The notes: generated by a model not told the origin, from the sequence alone. Positions 8,289-19,325 are shown, counted from the stretch's first letter. The stretch: 64,000 bases of DNA from Pseudonocardia sp. 73-21 (GCF_001899645.1 NZ_MKVV01000024.1:121016-185015), one strand, 5' to 3'. Program-made: numbers and translations.

Positions 8289-9617
8289 GTGGCGGTCTGG
8301 ACATCGGGCGTCGGGTACGCGCCGTGGACGCGCACGGTTCCGGTGCCGTCCGCGCCCCCGGGGCTCCGTCGCCACACCCCGGTCCTGGCCGCCGCGACGG
8401 CACTCATCGCGGCGCTGGGGCTGATGGTCGCGCTGCACGGCGGGCCGGCCGGTGTTCCCACGGCGCCCGCGGCCGCGCCCGTCGACGTCTGCGCGCCCGG
8501 CTGGGTCACGGGCTGGCAGGCTGCGGCACAGCCGGCACCTGCGCCCGCGGGTCTGGCCGGGTCGACGCTGCGGATGATCGTGCACCCGCAGGTGACGGGC
8601 TCCCGGGTGCGCGTGCGGCTGTCCAACGCCTACGGCGCCACGCCGCTGGTGCTCGCGTCGGCGTCGGCGGCGCGCTCGGACGGTGCGGCGCCGGTGCCCG
8701 GCGCGTCGCAGCCGGTCGCGTTCCACGGCCTGGCCGGGGTCGTCGTGCCACCGGGCGGGGAGGTGCTGAGCGACCCCGTGCCGGTGGTGGCGGAGGTCGG
8801 GGTGCCGCTGGCCGTCAGTCTCGCGGTCACGGCCGCACCGGCGGTGGCCACGCAGCACACGGTGGCGCTGCAGACGTCCTACATCGGGCAGTCCCCCGTC
8901 TCGTCCTGGCTCTTCCTCACCGGCGTCGACGTGCTCGCGCCCCGGCCGGAGAACGCCGTGGTGGCGGTCGGCGACTCGATCACCGACGGCGTCGGCAGCG
9001 GCGAGGACGCGAACGACCGCTGGTCCGACGCACTGGCGGCGCGGCTGACCGCGGCGGGCGGCGCCGCCGACATGGCCGTGCTCAACGCGGGCATCTCCCG
9101 CAACGAGCTGCTGGCCGGCAGCGCCGACGACGGCGACACCCCGCTGCAGCGCTTCGACCGGGATGTCGCCGCGGCGGCCGGCGCCACCGACGTCGTGCTG
9201 CACATCGGCACCAACGACATCGCGGCCGGCCAGGGGGCCGACGCGATCGTCGGCGGGATGAAGCAGTTCGCCGAGCGCACCCACGCGGCCGGCAGGCGGA
9301 TCTTCCTCACCACGATCACGCCCTCGACGAACGGCGCGCACGGCACCCCCACGGCCACCGCCGTCCGCGACGCGGTGAACGCCTGGGTGCTGGCCCACGG
9401 CCGCGACTACGCCGATGGGGTCTTCGACTTCGCCGCCGCCGTCGCCGACCCGGCGCGTCCCACCCGCCTGGCGCCCGCGTTCGACTCGGGCGACGGGCTG
9501 CACCTCTCGCCCGCCGGGTACCGCGCGCTGGCCGCGGCGGTGGACCTGCCAGGGTTGACCGGCAGCCCCTGCCTGGCCGACACCTCACCCGCCCGGGTGG
9601 TCGTCAGCGCCGACTGA
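8289..9617 (+). CDS. Secreted SGNH/GDSL hydrolase
   Basis: [22 protein letters not shown] and DGLHLS blocks; N-terminal hydrophobic helix. Start chosen at GTG 8289 after GAGGGG (ORF open from 8202). Confidence 0.88.
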   Translation: MAVWTSGVGYAPWTRTVPVPSAPPGLRRHTPVLAAATALIAALGLMVALHGGPAGVPTAPAAAPVDVCAPGWVTGWQAAAQPAPAPAGLAGSTLRMIVHPQVTGSRVRVRLSNAYGATPLVLASASAARSDGAAPVPGASQPVAFHGLAGVVVPPGGEVLSDPVPVVAEVGVPLAVSLAVTAAPAVATQHTVALQTSYIGQSPVSSWLFLTGVDVLAPRPENAVVAVGDSITDGVGSGEDANDRWSDALAARLTAAGGAADMAVLNAGISRNELLAGSADDGDTPLQRFDRDVAAAAGATDVVLHIGTNDIAAGQGADAIVGGMKQFAERTHAAGRRIFLTTITPSTNGAHGTPTATAVRDAVNAWVLAHGRDYADGVFDFAAAVADPARPTRLAPAFDSGDGLHLSPAGYRALAAAVDLPGLTGSPCLADTSPARVVVSAD

Positions 9618-9618
9618 A

Positions 9619-9656
9619 GCTATACATCTGTACAGCAAGCTGTACGAATGTATAGC
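9619..9656. promoter_or_regulatory. Inverted-repeat operator over the promoter of the TetR-ABC operon
   Basis: GCTATACATCTGTACAGC-AA-GCTGTACGAATGTATAGC (16/18 paired); overlaps a TAGCCT -10-like box 6-7 nt before GTG 9665. Confidence 0.75.
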
Positions 9657-9664
9657 CTGTCGTC

Positions 9665-10278
9665 GTGCCGCCCGACGACCTGACCGCCCGCGCCCGGATC
9701 CGCGACGCTTCCATGGCCGTGTTCGCCGAACGCGGGGTGGCGGGCGCCACCATCCGCGGCATCGCCGACCGGGCCGGTGTCTCGCCCGCGCTGGTGCAGC
9801 ACCACTTCGGCACGAAGGACGGCCTCCGCGCGGCCTGCGACGCCCACGTCCTGGAGTACCTGCGCGGCGAGACGAAGGCAGGGCTCGACGACGGGCGGAT
9901 CGGCGAGTCGGGCTACGTCGCGGAGGTCTACGCGTCGGCCCCGCCGCTGATGCGCTACCTCGCCCGCGCGCTGGTCGACGGCTCGCCCGCCGCCGCGGAG
10001 GTGTTCGACGAGATGGTCGGCCTCACCGAGGCCCACCTCGCCGACCGGCCCGGCCTCTCGGATCCGCACACCCGCGCCGTCGTCTACACGGCGATGAAGC
10101 TGGGCGTCACGGTCCTGCACGAGCACGTGTCCCGCGCGCTGGGCGAGGACGTGTTCGGGCCGTCCGCCGCGCCCCGCGTCGGCCGCGCGACGCTCGACAT
10201 CACCGCCCCCGGGATGCTGCCGGACGGGCTCGCCGAGCGGGCGCGCGCGGGGCTCGACGCCTTCGAAGGAGAGCGGTC

Positions 10279-10282
<4 letters not shown>
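9665..10282 (+). CDS. TetR family transcriptional regulator
   Basis: [48 protein letters not shown]. Confidence 0.92.
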
Positions 10283-11168
<886 letters not shown>

Positions 11169-11172
<4 letters not shown>

Positions 11173-12716
11173 ACGAGCTGGCGCGGCTGATCCTGCGCCG
11201 GGACAGAGTGTCCCTGGTCGTGTGGATCGTGCTGTCGGCGCTGCTCCCGGTCGGGGTGGCCGCCGGTTCGGCGGGGGCCTATCCGGACCAGGCCACGCGG
11301 GACGCGTTCGCGGCGGGGGTCGCCTCGAACCCGGCCGAGCTCGCCACCCGGGGGCCGGTGTTCGCCGCCTCGGTCGGCGGCCTCACCGCGTGGACGGTGG
11401 CCGCGTCCGGCGCCGTCATCGTCGGGGGGCTGGTCAGCGTGCTGTTCGTCGTGCGCTGGACGCGCGCGGAGGAGCAGGCCGGGCGGCGCGAGCTGCTGGG
11501 CTCCACGGTGCTCGACCGCCAGGCGCCCCTGGCGTCGGCGCTGGTGGTGGCCACCGCGGCGAACCTGGCGATCGGGGTGCTGGTGGCGGCGCTCCTGGTC
11601 GCCTACGGGCTCCCCGCTGTGGGGTCGGTCGCCCTCGGGCTCGACTACCTCGTGGCCGGTGTGCTGTTCGCGACGGTCGGGGCGGTGGGGGCGCAGCTCG
11701 TCGAGTCCGCGGGCGGGGCCCGGGCGATCGCGCTGGTGGTGCTCGGCGCCGCGTTCGCGGTCTCGGCCGTGGGCGAGGTCGGCCGCTCCTGGCTGGTCTG
11801 GGCCACGCCGTTCGGCTGGGCGCGGCGGGTGCAGGCGTTCGCGGGGGAGCGGTGGTGGGTGCTGCTGCTGTTCGTCGCGCCCGCGGTGCTGCTGGCGGCG
11901 GCCGCGTTCGCGCTCTCGGCCCGTCGTGACGTCGGGGCCGGGCTGCTGCCGGCCCGCTCGGGACCGGCCGTCGCCGGTCCGCGGTTGCGCAGCCCGCTCG
12001 CGCTGGCCTGGCGGCTGCACCGCGGCGCCGTGTGGGGGTGGGCCGCCGGCCTGACGGCGCTCGGCCTGCTGCTGGGCTCGGCGATGCGGTCGCTGGGCAG
12101 CCAGCTCGACACGCCGGCGTTCCGGGCGCTCGGCGCCGCGCTCGGCGGCGGGGACCCGGCGGAGGTGTTCTTCCGGTTCGTGCTCTACGTGCTGGCCCAG
12201 GTGGTGGCGGCCTCCGCGATCGCGGCGGTGCTCCGGATGCGCCAGCAGGAGACCGACGGGCTCGCCGACGTCGTGCTCGCCGGCCCCGTGGCCCGGGTGC
12301 GGTGGGCGCTCGGCCACCTGGCGGTGACGGCCGCCGGCGTCGTCCTCGCGCTGGCCGGCCTCGGAATCGGCGCCGGTGTGGCGTACGGCACACCACTCTC
12401 CGTGCTCGGTTCGACGCTCGCGTACCTGCCCGCGTGTCTGCTCTTCGCGGCCGTCGCGGTGGCGCTGTACGGCTGGGCGCCGCGCCTGGCCGCGCCCGTG
12501 GCCTGGTCCCTGCTGGGTGCGGCGCTCGTGCTGGACCTGCTCGGGGAGTTCCGGGTGGTGGACCGGGCGGTGCTGGCGCTCTCACCGTTCGTCAGGACGC
12601 TGACACCGCTGACGGCCGGCTCCGGTCTGGCGGTGGCGCTCACCGGTCTCGCGGTGGTGGCCGTGGCGCTCGCGGCGGCGGGCCTGACCGGCCTGCGTCG
12701 CCGCGACCTCGTCTAA
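11169..12716 (+). CDS. ABC-2 exporter permease (polyketide/ionophore exporter type)
   Basis: [14 protein letters not shown] start; about 12 hydrophobic segments in two halves; [12 protein letters not shown] motif; ATGA overlap with the ATPase. Confidence 0.88.
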
Positions 12717-13102
12717 CGGCGACCGAGCCGGCGCAGGCTGCGGCGGCGGGGCTCGTCGTCCTCGACGACGGGGAGCGGGCCGGTGGGGGTGTCCTCGCGG
12801 TCGAGCCGGTCGATCACCCAGTCGACGGCGAGCGCGCCGGGCGAGACCCCCCGCTCCTGCGCGATCCGGCGCAGCTGCTCGATGCGCAGGGCCGGCAGGC
12901 GCAGCTGGAAGACCTGTGCGGACCCGAAACGGCCGGTCAGCTCGGTGGCGTGCTCCTCGCCACCGGGGGCGAGGGCGGCCAGGTAGGAGTCGAGATGGGT
13001 GTCCTCGTCCAGCGCCGCGTCCGCGAACCCGCCCCCGGGGGGACCGGGCGGCGCCGCCGGTGAACGGTGGCGGGAGCGTCGCGACTCGGGAGGGAGGGCC
13101 AT
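12713..13102 (-). CDS. Hypothetical protein with a ribbon-helix-helix-like segment
   Basis: VFQLRLPALRIEQLRRIAQERGVSPGALAVDWVIDRL resembles a CopG/RHH pattern. Confidence 0.55.
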   Translation of the reverse strand: MALPPESRRSRHRSPAAPPGPPGGGFADAALDEDTHLDSYLAALAPGGEEHATELTGRFGSAQVFQLRLPALRIEQLRRIAQERGVSPGALAVDWVIDRLDREDTPTGPLPVVEDDEPRRRSLRRLGRR

Positions 13103-13138
13103 CGGCCCAGGGTACGACCGGGCCCGGGGAGGCTGGAC

Positions 13139-13360
13139 TCAGCCGGCGAGCCCGAAGCCCGCCGCGTCGAGTGCGCTGGCGATCTCGGAGCGGTCGACCT
13201 CGCGGTCGGCGAGCACCGTGACGGCACCGGTCTCGAGCCGCACGTCGACGGCGCTGACGCCGTGGATCTCCCGGACCTCCTCGGTGACCGACATCGCGCA
13301 GTGCCGGCACGTCATGCCGGTGACGGTGACCTCGGTGCGGAACGGTGCCTCGACAGACAT
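13139..13360 (-). CDS. copZ: Heavy-metal-associated domain protein (CopZ-like copper chaperone)
   Basis: VTGMTCRHC (MxCxxC); AGGAGG RBS before ATG 13360. Confidence 0.9.
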   Translation of the reverse strand: MSVEAPFRTEVTVTGMTCRHCAMSVTEEVREIHGVSAVDVRLETGAVTVLADREVDRSEIASALDAAGFGLAG

Positions 13361-13457
13361 GGAACCTCCTGCTCGCCTACCCACATCGTGTCACCGGTCC
13401 ACCCCCGTCCGAACAGCGGCCCGGCGTGTGCGGACAGTGACCGGAGCGGGTCGCCCT

Positions 13458-13475
13458 CACCCCCGAAGAGGGGTG
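13458..13475. promoter_or_regulatory. Possible CsoR-type operator upstream of copZ
   Basis: CACCCC-CGAAGA-GGGGTG: C-tract/G-tract inverted repeat of the kind CsoR binds. Confidence 0.4.
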
Positions 13476-13635
13476 CGTCACGGGGCGCGGCTAGGTAACG
13501 TCTCGGTCACGGCCACGGGGGCCGTTGCGGGTCGTACCAGCCGGGGACCACCTGTCCCGGGCGTGGGTGACGGCCGGACGGGAGGCGTCAGTGAATGGTG
13601 TCGGGAGTGTGCGTCGCGAGCTCGGGGACGAGAGG

Positions 13636-13827
13636 GTGACCACGACCGGGTCCATCCCGGCGCAGAGAACCGCCGCGGACGCCTACCGCGTCTCGGACGA
13701 CCAGCTCCACCGGGCCCGGCTGGTGGTGGCGAAGAACTCGGCCGACTCCGAGGATCTCCGGCAGCTGCTCGACATGCTCGGGCTGATCTCGGCCAACCCG
13801 GACCAGCCCCCGCCCGTCACGCGCTGA
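13636..13827 (+). CDS. Small hypothetical protein (63 aa)
   Basis: GTG after GAGAGG; RARLVVAKNSADSEDLRQLLDMLGL; followed by a GC hairpin at 13846-13868. Confidence 0.6.
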   Translation: MTTTGSIPAQRTAADAYRVSDDQLHRARLVVAKNSADSEDLRQLLDMLGLISANPDQPPPVTR

Positions 13828-13942
13828 CCTGCGGTCATGCCGAACGGGGGCCCCGGGTGTGGGCCCCCTGTCCGCCGTGTCGTAGTCTTACGGAGCTCCC
13901 AACGGACAGTCGTTGCTGGCGAGGACGGCCCCGGCGGTCCAA

Positions 13943-14015
13943 GTCCCCATCGTCTAGTGGCCTAGGACTCCGCCCTTTCAAGGCGGCAACGCGGGTTCGA
14001 ATCCCGTTGGGGGTA
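13943..14015 (+). tRNA. tRNA-Glu(TTC)
   Basis: Cloverleaf; anticodon arm CCGCC-CT TTC AA-GGCGG; GGTTCGAATCC T-arm. Confidence 0.97.
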
Positions 14016-14048
14016 CGCTCCATCAGTACGGTAGTTTCCACCAAGCAA

Positions 14049-14122
14049 GGCCCAGTGGCGCAGTTGGTTAGCGCGTCGCCCTGTCACGGCGAAGGTCGCG
14101 GGTTCGAGTCCCGTCTGGGTCG
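14049..14122 (+). tRNA. tRNA-Asp(GTC)
   Basis: Anticodon arm TCGCC-CT GTC AC-GGCGA; GGTTCGAGTCC T-arm; acceptor GGCCCAG/CTGGGTC. Confidence 0.97.
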
Positions 14123-14152
14123 CTCCACCAGGTGTCCGACATACGTCGGCCC

Positions 14153-14226
14153 GGCCAGGTAGCTCAGTTGGTACGAGCGACCGCCTGAAAAGCGGTAGGT
14201 CGGCGGTTCGACCCCGCCCCTGGCCA
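14153..14226 (+). tRNA. tRNA-Phe(GAA)
   Basis: Anticodon arm ACCGC-CT GAA AA-GCGGT; acceptor GGCCAGG/CCTGGCC. Confidence 0.97.
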
Positions 14227-14412
14227 CAGTCGTTCCGAGCGCTCTGCGCCGTCTCTCTCCGTGGTGATGTTTCCCCATCGTCGAGCCTTCTGCCGCTGCC
14301 CGCGTCAACGTTGCTGTTCACCGCTTCGGCGTTGCGCAGCGCGTTCGTTCCGGTCGCCCTCCGGTTACGATTCCCCCCGGATGGGGGACACGTGCGCGGA
14401 GGAACATCCAAA

Positions 14413-15750
14413 TTGAGACGGGCCAGGGGGACACGGGGGCAGCCGACTAGGCCGATCGGATCACGCCGATGGGCTGTCTGGTCGTTGCCGCGAAGTGTGC
14501 TGCTGGTCGTCGTCCTCGTCGAGCTCCTCGCCGCCGCCGCCCTCGCCGCCGGCGTGGGTGCGGTCGCCGGATCCCTGCCCTCCCAGTGGGTCTGGATCGT
14601 CGTGGTCCTGCTCGCCTGCGGCACCATCAGCACCGAGGCCTCGCTGGGCGTCGAAAGGCTGCGCCGCCGCACCGACGAGACCCCCCACATCGACCTCAGC
14701 TCCGTGTGGGCGCTCGCCGCGGCGATCCTGCTCCCCGGCGTCGTCGCCAGCGCGCTCGTCGCGGTCCTCTTCGTGCACATCTACCTGCGGATCTGGCGCC
14801 GTTCCGGCGTGCCGCCCCACCGGTTCCTGTTCAGCGTGGCCACGGTCGTGCTCGCCGTGCAGACGGCCTCCGCCGTGGTCCACGGCCTGACCGACGGCGA
14901 ACCGTTCGGCAGCGGCTCCGGGCTCCTCGCGGTCCTGCTCGCGCTGATCGCCTACGCCGTGGTCAACATGGCCCTGATCGCCGGTGTGATCGTCCTGAGC
15001 GGCCCGACGCGGAACCTCAGCACCTTCCTCCAGGTGGTCTCCCACGGCGACGAGGCGGTGCTCGAGTTCGCCACGCTGTCCATGGGCGTCCTCGTGGCCG
15101 GGGCCACGGCGTCGTTCGGGGCGCCGTACGCCGTCCTCGTCCTCCCGCCGCTCATCGTGCTGCACCGCACCGTGCTGGTGCGGCAGTTCGAGGAGGCGGC
15201 CAGCACCGACAGCAAGACCGGCCTGCTCAACGCCGCCACCTGGCACGTCCAGGCGGGGCGGGAGATGCGCCGGGCGGAGCGCGGCCGCACGCAGGCCACC
15301 GTCCTGGTGCTCGATCTCGACCACTTCAAGCTCATCAACGACCGGTACGGGCACCTCGTCGGCGACCAGGTGCTCGCCGCGGTGGCCGCCGCCGTCCGGG
15401 CGGAGGTCCGCGACGACGACATCGTCGGCCGCTTCGGCGGCGAGGAGTTCGTCGTGTTGCTGCGCGGGTCCGACGGCGCCCCCGGCGGGGCACGGGAGGC
15501 GGCGGAGGTCGTCGCCGAACGGATCCGGCTCCGGGTGGCCGGGCTGCGCGTGGCGGTCCCCGGCTCGCGCGACTCGGTGGTCGTCGAGGGGCTCACCGTC
15601 TCCATCGGCGGCGCCACGCTCCCGCTCGACGGCACGGGGCTCGGCGAGCTGCTCGAGGTGGCCGACGCGGCGATGTACGACGCCAAGCACGCGGGGCGCA
15701 ACCGCATCCGGATGGGCGTGGGCAGCGGGCGGTCGGCCGACGAGGGCTGA
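14413..15750 (+). CDS. Membrane-bound diguanylate cyclase (GGDEF domain)
   Basis: Multi-TM N-terminus; DLDHFKLINDRYGHLVGD and RDDD(I-site)IVGRFGGEEF; TTG start after GGAGG (uncertain). Confidence 0.9.
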   Translation: MRRARGTRGQPTRPIGSRRWAVWSLPRSVLLVVVLVELLAAAALAAGVGAVAGSLPSQWVWIVVVLLACGTISTEASLGVERLRRRTDETPHIDLSSVWALAAAILLPGVVASALVAVLFVHIYLRIWRRSGVPPHRFLFSVATVVLAVQTASAVVHGLTDGEPFGSGSGLLAVLLALIAYAVVNMALIAGVIVLSGPTRNLSTFLQVVSHGDEAVLEFATLSMGVLVAGATASFGAPYAVLVLPPLIVLHRTVLVRQFEEAASTDSKTGLLNAATWHVQAGREMRRAERGRTQATVLVLDLDHFKLINDRYGHLVGDQVLAAVAAAVRAEVRDDDIVGRFGGEEFVVLLRGSDGAPGGAREAAEVVAERIRLRVAGLRVAVPGSRDSVVVEGLTVSIGGATLPLDGTGLGELLEVADAAMYDAKHAGRNRIRMGVGSGRSADEG

Positions 15751-15820
15751 CCCTTGTCGTCCGCGGGCCCGCGGCGTGGCACGATCGATCGTGACCGATG
15801 CGCGCCACCAGGAGGGGACG

Positions 15821-16429
15821 ATGTCCGTGACCCCCGTGATCCCCGCGACCCGCCGCGTCGGGCGGCGCCCGGTCACGTCGCGCTCGGAGATCGAGCACAT
15901 CGCGCTGGACCTGTTCACCCACAACGGCTTCGACACCACCACGGTGGACGACATCGCGGCGGCCGCCGGCATCGGCCGCCGCACGGTGTTCCGCTACTAC
16001 GCCTCGAAGAACGACATCCCGTGGGGAGCGTTCGACGAGCAGCTCGACCGGATGCGGGCCACGTTCGCCGGCCTGTCCGGGGATCTCCCGGTGATGGCCG
16101 CCGTCCGCGTCGCGGTGCTCGAGTTCAACGACGTGGCCCCCGCGGAACAGCCGTGGCACCGCAGGAGGCTCCGGCTCATCCTGGACACGCCCGCCCTCCA
16201 GGCCCACTCCACGCTCCGCTACGCCGCGTGGCGTCAGGTGGTGGCCGACTACGCGGCGGCCCGGCTGGGCCTGTCCCCGGACGACCTGGTGCCGCAGTCC
16301 ATCGGCCACGCGAGTCTCGGGGTGGCGCTCGCCGCCTACGAGCGATGGCTGCGCGCGGAGTCGGGGGAGCTGCGGGACCTGCTCGACACCGTCTTCTGCG
16401 CCCTCGAACGGGGGCTCGTCGAGTCCTGA
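15821..16429 (+). CDS. mftR: TetR family regulator of the mycofactocin-system MftR type
   Basis: VGRRPVTS, RRTVFRYYASKNDIPWG, HRRRLRLIL, LQAHSTLRYAAWR and ALAAYERWL match the MftR pattern as I recall it. Confidence 0.75.
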   Translation: MSVTPVIPATRRVGRRPVTSRSEIEHIALDLFTHNGFDTTTVDDIAAAAGIGRRTVFRYYASKNDIPWGAFDEQLDRMRATFAGLSGDLPVMAAVRVAVLEFNDVAPAEQPWHRRRLRLILDTPALQAHSTLRYAAWRQVVADYAAARLGLSPDDLVPQSIGHASLGVALAAYERWLRAESGELRDLLDTVFCALERGLVES

Positions 16430-16471
16430 CGGAGAGGGGCCGGCGGAGGGGTTCTCCGCCGGCCTGTCCTC

Positions 16472-17305
16472 CTACGGAGTCGGCACGCCGACGCCCGGCA
16501 CGGTCACACCGGGCACGGTGACGCCCCCCGCTCCCGGAGCCGTGACGCCCGGGGCGGGCACGGCCGGAGCCGGCACGCCGGGAAGGCCCGGGGCGGGCAC
16601 GGCGGCACCGGGGTCGGGGAGAGCCGGCGTCGGGACGACGGCGCCGGGGCCGGGGAGAGTCGGCGTCGGGACGACGGCGCCGGGGCCGGGCAGGGCCGGA
16701 GCCGCCGGATCACCGGGCGTCGCCGGAGCGGCCGGTACGCACGGGAGAGTGGTCGCCGGAGCGGTGGCCGCGGGGGCGGGCACGTTGGGGGCGGGCACGT
16801 CGGGCGTCGGCACGGTCGGCGCCGCGGCGGCCGGGGCCGGTACGGCGGGCACGGCCGGGCACGGCACCGCGGGGGCCGGGACGGCGGGGGCCGGGGTGGG
16901 CGGCACGTCCTCCGTGCCCACCGCGCTGGCCGGGAGGGCCGGCGCCGCGGGCAGGGCCGGAGCGGCCGGCACCGCCGGAGCGGCCGGCACCGCCGGCACC
17001 GCCGGAACGACGGGTACTGCGGGCAGCGGCACGAGGCCGCCCAGCAGCGAGGGTGCGAGACCCTGGACGGTCACCAGCACGGTGTTGAGGAGCCCTCCGA
17101 GCAACGTGGTCGGCACCCCGGGCACCCCGGGCACCACCGGCACCCCCGGCACCGGGAGCGGGGCCGGCAGCTGCGCCGGCAGCACCGCCGCCGTGGTGTT
17201 CGCCGCGGGCAGTTCCGCGGCGTCGGCCGCGGTGGCGCCGCAGAGGGTGACCACTGCTCCGGTCGTCACCGCGGCAATCGACAGAGTCACTTTGCGACCC
17301 CGCAT
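16472..17305 (-). CDS. Secreted Pro/Ala/Val-rich low-complexity protein
   Basis: Signal peptide MRGRKVTLSIAAVTTGAVVTLCGATAADA, then PAVPA/PGPGAVVPTP repeats. Confidence 0.65.
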   Translation of the reverse strand: MRGRKVTLSIAAVTTGAVVTLCGATAADAAELPAANTTAAVLPAQLPAPLPVPGVPVVPGVPGVPTTLLGGLLNTVLVTVQGLAPSLLGGLVPLPAVPVVPAVPAVPAAPAVPAAPALPAAPALPASAVGTEDVPPTPAPAVPAPAVPCPAVPAVPAPAAAAPTVPTPDVPAPNVPAPAATAPATTLPCVPAAPATPGDPAAPALPGPGAVVPTPTLPGPGAVVPTPALPDPGAAVPAPGLPGVPAPAVPAPGVTAPGAGGVTVPGVTVPGVGVPTP

Positions 17306-17871
17306 CGGAGCCTCCCTGGATCGGTGTGGATGGTGTCGGGGGAATGATGCGGCGCGCCCATTTCCGGCACCAGGTTCCGCAAGGGCCGTGCGATGCCGAC
17401 ACGGCGCCGCGTATGCGACGAACGGTGACCACAACCCGTCGCATGCTCGGAACGGGCGTCCCCCGGAGCGGTGGTCCCGCGATGCCGTCACCCAGGCGCG
17501 CCGCGACGCGCTCGGGCGGGGGATGGAACGTCGGTGGCGGCGTCACCCGACGGCGTGGGACTTGGCCGTCCCTACCCGGTCGGGGACCCATCTCACCGTC
17601 CGTGCTGCTCACGGCGGTGATTTCTCACCCTCGGTAGCAGGCCGTGAGGGTGCACCGCTCGTCGCGCCGGGCCCGCAGCTCGGCGTGGCCCCGTGATAGG
17701 TTCGCCGCGGTTGCAGTCGTGTCTTCCTCGATCGTTGTGAAGCGTCCGTGGAGAGTGACGGTGGGCTTCACAGGCGTCGGGGAGTTCGTCTCTGCGCGCG
17801 TCGGTGTTCCCGTGCAGCCCCTTGTCGGCACAGTGCCGGCAGGGTCCGCTTCACGTGTATGGAGAACAGGT

Positions 17872-18075
17872 ATGCCGCAGGGCACCGTCAAGTGGTTCAA
17901 CGCCGAGAAGGGCTTCGGCTTCATCGCCACCGACGACAACGGTCCGGACGTCTTCGTCCACTACTCGGCCATCCAGTCGGACGGCTTCCGCAGCCTCGAT
18001 GAGAACCAGCGGGTCGAGTTCGAGTCGAGCCAGGGCGCCAAGGGCCCGCAGGCCGACACGGTCCGCCCCATCTGA
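17872..18075 (+). CDS. cspA: Cold-shock protein
   Basis: [15 protein letters not shown] (RNP1) and VFVHYSAI (RNP2); GGAGA RBS. Confidence 0.97.
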   Translation: MPQGTVKWFNAEKGFGFIATDDNGPDVFVHYSAIQSDGFRSLDENQRVEFESSQGAKGPQADTVRPI

Positions 18076-18105
18076 GTTCCGCCTCAGAGCTCAGCTTCAC
18101 CGCAG

Positions 18106-18131
18106 CCGGTGATCCCCTCGGGGGTCGCCGG
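18106..18131. terminator. Hairpin between convergent cspA and epimerase genes
   Basis: GGTGATCCC/GGGGTCGCC stem with CTCG loop. Confidence 0.5.
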
Positions 18132-18141
18132 CTGCGGCCGT

Positions 18142-19050
18142 TCACCGGCTCTTCAGCCAGGTGACCGTGCGCGCGAGGCCCTCGTCGATCCCGGCCGGCC
18201 GATACCCCAGCGCCCGGGCGCCCGCGTCGTCGACGCGCACCGGCGGGAACCCGCCGTAGACCTCCGACCGGCGGGCGAACGTGCCGGCGTCCGGGCCCAG
18301 CACGGACCCGGGCGGCAGGGCCCGCACCCTCCTCCCGCCCGTCAGGTCGGCGAAAGCGTGCAACACCCGGCGGTAGGACGCGGCCTCCCCGCACAGGAGG
18401 TAGCGCCGTCCGGGCTCGCCGTTCTCGAGCGCCAGCAGGGTGCCGGCGGCGACGTCCTCGGCGAGCACCCACGACACCGTTGCGTCCACCACCTCGGCGA
18501 CCTCGCCGCTCGCGGCGGCGAGCAGCAGCCCGGTGTAGGAGCGGGGCCCGAGCGGGCTGGGACCGTAGACACAGCCCGGGCTGACGATCCGCACGTCGAG
18601 GTCGTCGGCCGCCAGCACGATCTCCTCGGCCGCCGCCTTCGACGCGGAGTACGGGTCGGTGAGGGCGCGCGGCGCGACGGGCTCCTCGGCCATCAGACCG
18701 GTGGCGTCCATGAGCGCGGCCCCCGTGCCGGTGTGGACGAACCGGGGCACACCCGCCGCCCGGGCCGCCGCCAGCACCGCCCGGGTGCCCTCGACGTTGA
18801 CGCGCCGGATCTCGTCCGGGGTCCCGCCGACCGTCCCGGCCAGATGGAGCACCGCGGCTGCGCCGTCCGCGGCCCGGCGGAGACCCTCGGCGTCGTCCAG
18901 ATCGGCGACCACCAGCTCGACGCCCGACGGCAGCAGCGCGGCGGCCCGGGCCCGGTCGCGCACCACCGCCCGCACCGCGTACCCCTCATGGACGAGGAGG
19001 TGGACGAGCACGGTGCCCAGGTAGCCGGTGGCGCCGGTGGTCATCAGCAT
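18142..19050 (-). CDS. NAD-dependent epimerase/dehydratase (extended SDR)
   Basis: TGATGYLG, VLHLAG, NVEGTRAVL and YSASKAAAE (YxxxK). Confidence 0.9.
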   Translation of the reverse strand: MLMTTGATGYLGTVLVHLLVHEGYAVRAVVRDRARAAALLPSGVELVVADLDDAEGLRRAADGAAAVLHLAGTVGGTPDEIRRVNVEGTRAVLAAARAAGVPRFVHTGTGAALMDATGLMAEEPVAPRALTDPYSASKAAAEEIVLAADDLDVRIVSPGCVYGPSPLGPRSYTGLLLAAASGEVAEVVDATVSWVLAEDVAAGTLLALENGEPGRRYLLCGEAASYRRVLHAFADLTGGRRVRALPPGSVLGPDAGTFARRSEVYGGFPPVRVDDAGARALGYRPAGIDEGLARTVTWLKSR

Positions 19051-19325
19051 TCGTCGATCCTGCCAGCCGCTGGGCGTGAACCGAATGCGCGACGACCGGT
19101 CATCGGCACGGATGGAGCAGCCGCCGACCCACCGTCATGTTCCGGTCACCCGCTGCACGTGCCTCGGCGGCCGCCCGACCGGGGGCCCTCGAGGGGGTCG
19201 ATCCCGCTCGTCTCGGTGCCGGGTGCGGTCGCCGCGTGCCTCTGGTCGTTCCGCACCCGACCCGGCACTGTGAGTGTTGAGGAACACAGCAGGTCGAAGA
19301 AATTTCTGTACTGGAGGTTGTTGGG

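Noticed and set aside
13943-14015. Defective tRNA-Glu (G1-U72 and U2-G71 wobble pairs)
   Set aside because: The other arms are canonical and it lies in the usual Glu-Asp-Phe cluster; probably functional.
15821-16470. Mycofactocin biosynthetic cluster
   Set aside because: Only the regulator is present; no MftA peptide, radical SAM or MftB/D/E/F genes.
14153-17305. Genomic island integrated at tRNA-Phe
   Set aside because: No integrase and no duplicated tRNA 3' end found in the window.
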